A DNA stretch of 64,000 bases from Octopus bimaculoides (lineage: Eukaryota): positions 101,417,440 through 101,481,439 of the forward strand of contig NC_068981.1 of NCBI RefSeq assembly GCF_001194135.2, given 5' to 3'. Made by a program: the position numbers and the translations under genes. The notes below the pieces were generated by a model that saw nothing but the letters and a program-made list of their open reading frames with translations, had not been told where the DNA came from and did not search any database. Shown one piece after another: positions 63,526-64,000 of the stretch (the first letter of the stretch is position 1; the number at the start of each line of letters is the position of its first letter).

Positions 63526-64000
63526 ATATTGGCCTTTTGGTGCACCTTATGAAAGTTCCAAAGGACTGCACTTGACTTTTACTATAAGTACAAGAGAATT
63601 AGGGACAAAACCATGAATACTTATCTGTACCCTAAATTCCTTTCAGAATTTGTTTCTAATCTTTATTTTGCTCACAGGCACTGGTTGTACATGACTTGGA
63701 TAGTTCTCACATGCTATTCAAATACTTCTAATTGTTTTTCTCACCAGGCAGTAGTATGGTTATTGTCAAGGATTTTTCTTGCTCAGCAAATGCAAAGTAG
63801 TTTGTTCTTAGCTGAGAATTTCTCTTACAACTGACTCACAAGAAATATAGAATGTTCTGCAGTCATCTTGTTATGATTTGATTGTTTTCATGATTTAATT
63901 GACTTGTGGTGTTTTCTAATTGTCCCTTTTCAGTGGCCCCTTTGCCTTGTATAGTAGTTTTTGGTGATACTGCTATGCCATTCATTGGAGATAATCCCTT

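Overview
AT-rich, repeat-dense eukaryotic scaffold with three large N-gaps. The SINE, RTE and microsatellite content suggests a coleoid cephalopod, probably Octopus (inference). Two host genes are supported on the + strand. (1) A thymidine kinase 2 / deoxynucleoside kinase gene (~0.9-19.6 kb): 8 exons join in frame with GT-AG sites, one further 5' exon is a candidate, and one conserved exon is probably hidden in an N-gap. (2) A probable first coding exon of an Atg8/GABARAPL2-like gene at 39.4 kb; no downstream exons were found. The rest is decayed transposons: Tc1, DD37D and mariner remnants, a pogo element, hATs, a CsRn1-type Gypsy with 5' LTR and tRNA-Trp PBS, a Helitron helicase, RTE LINEs, a Penelope-like GIY-YIG remnant, TTAA-MITEs, foldbacks and tRNA-derived SINEs. 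The most notable signal is five type I hammerhead ribozyme motifs from different Penelope-like or non-coding elements in the kinase introns. One is intact and antisense. Each has a different palindromic stem III, the three sense-strand copies all carry lesions, and most lie near (TA)n arrays. All calls were made by eye; most repeat boundaries are approximate.
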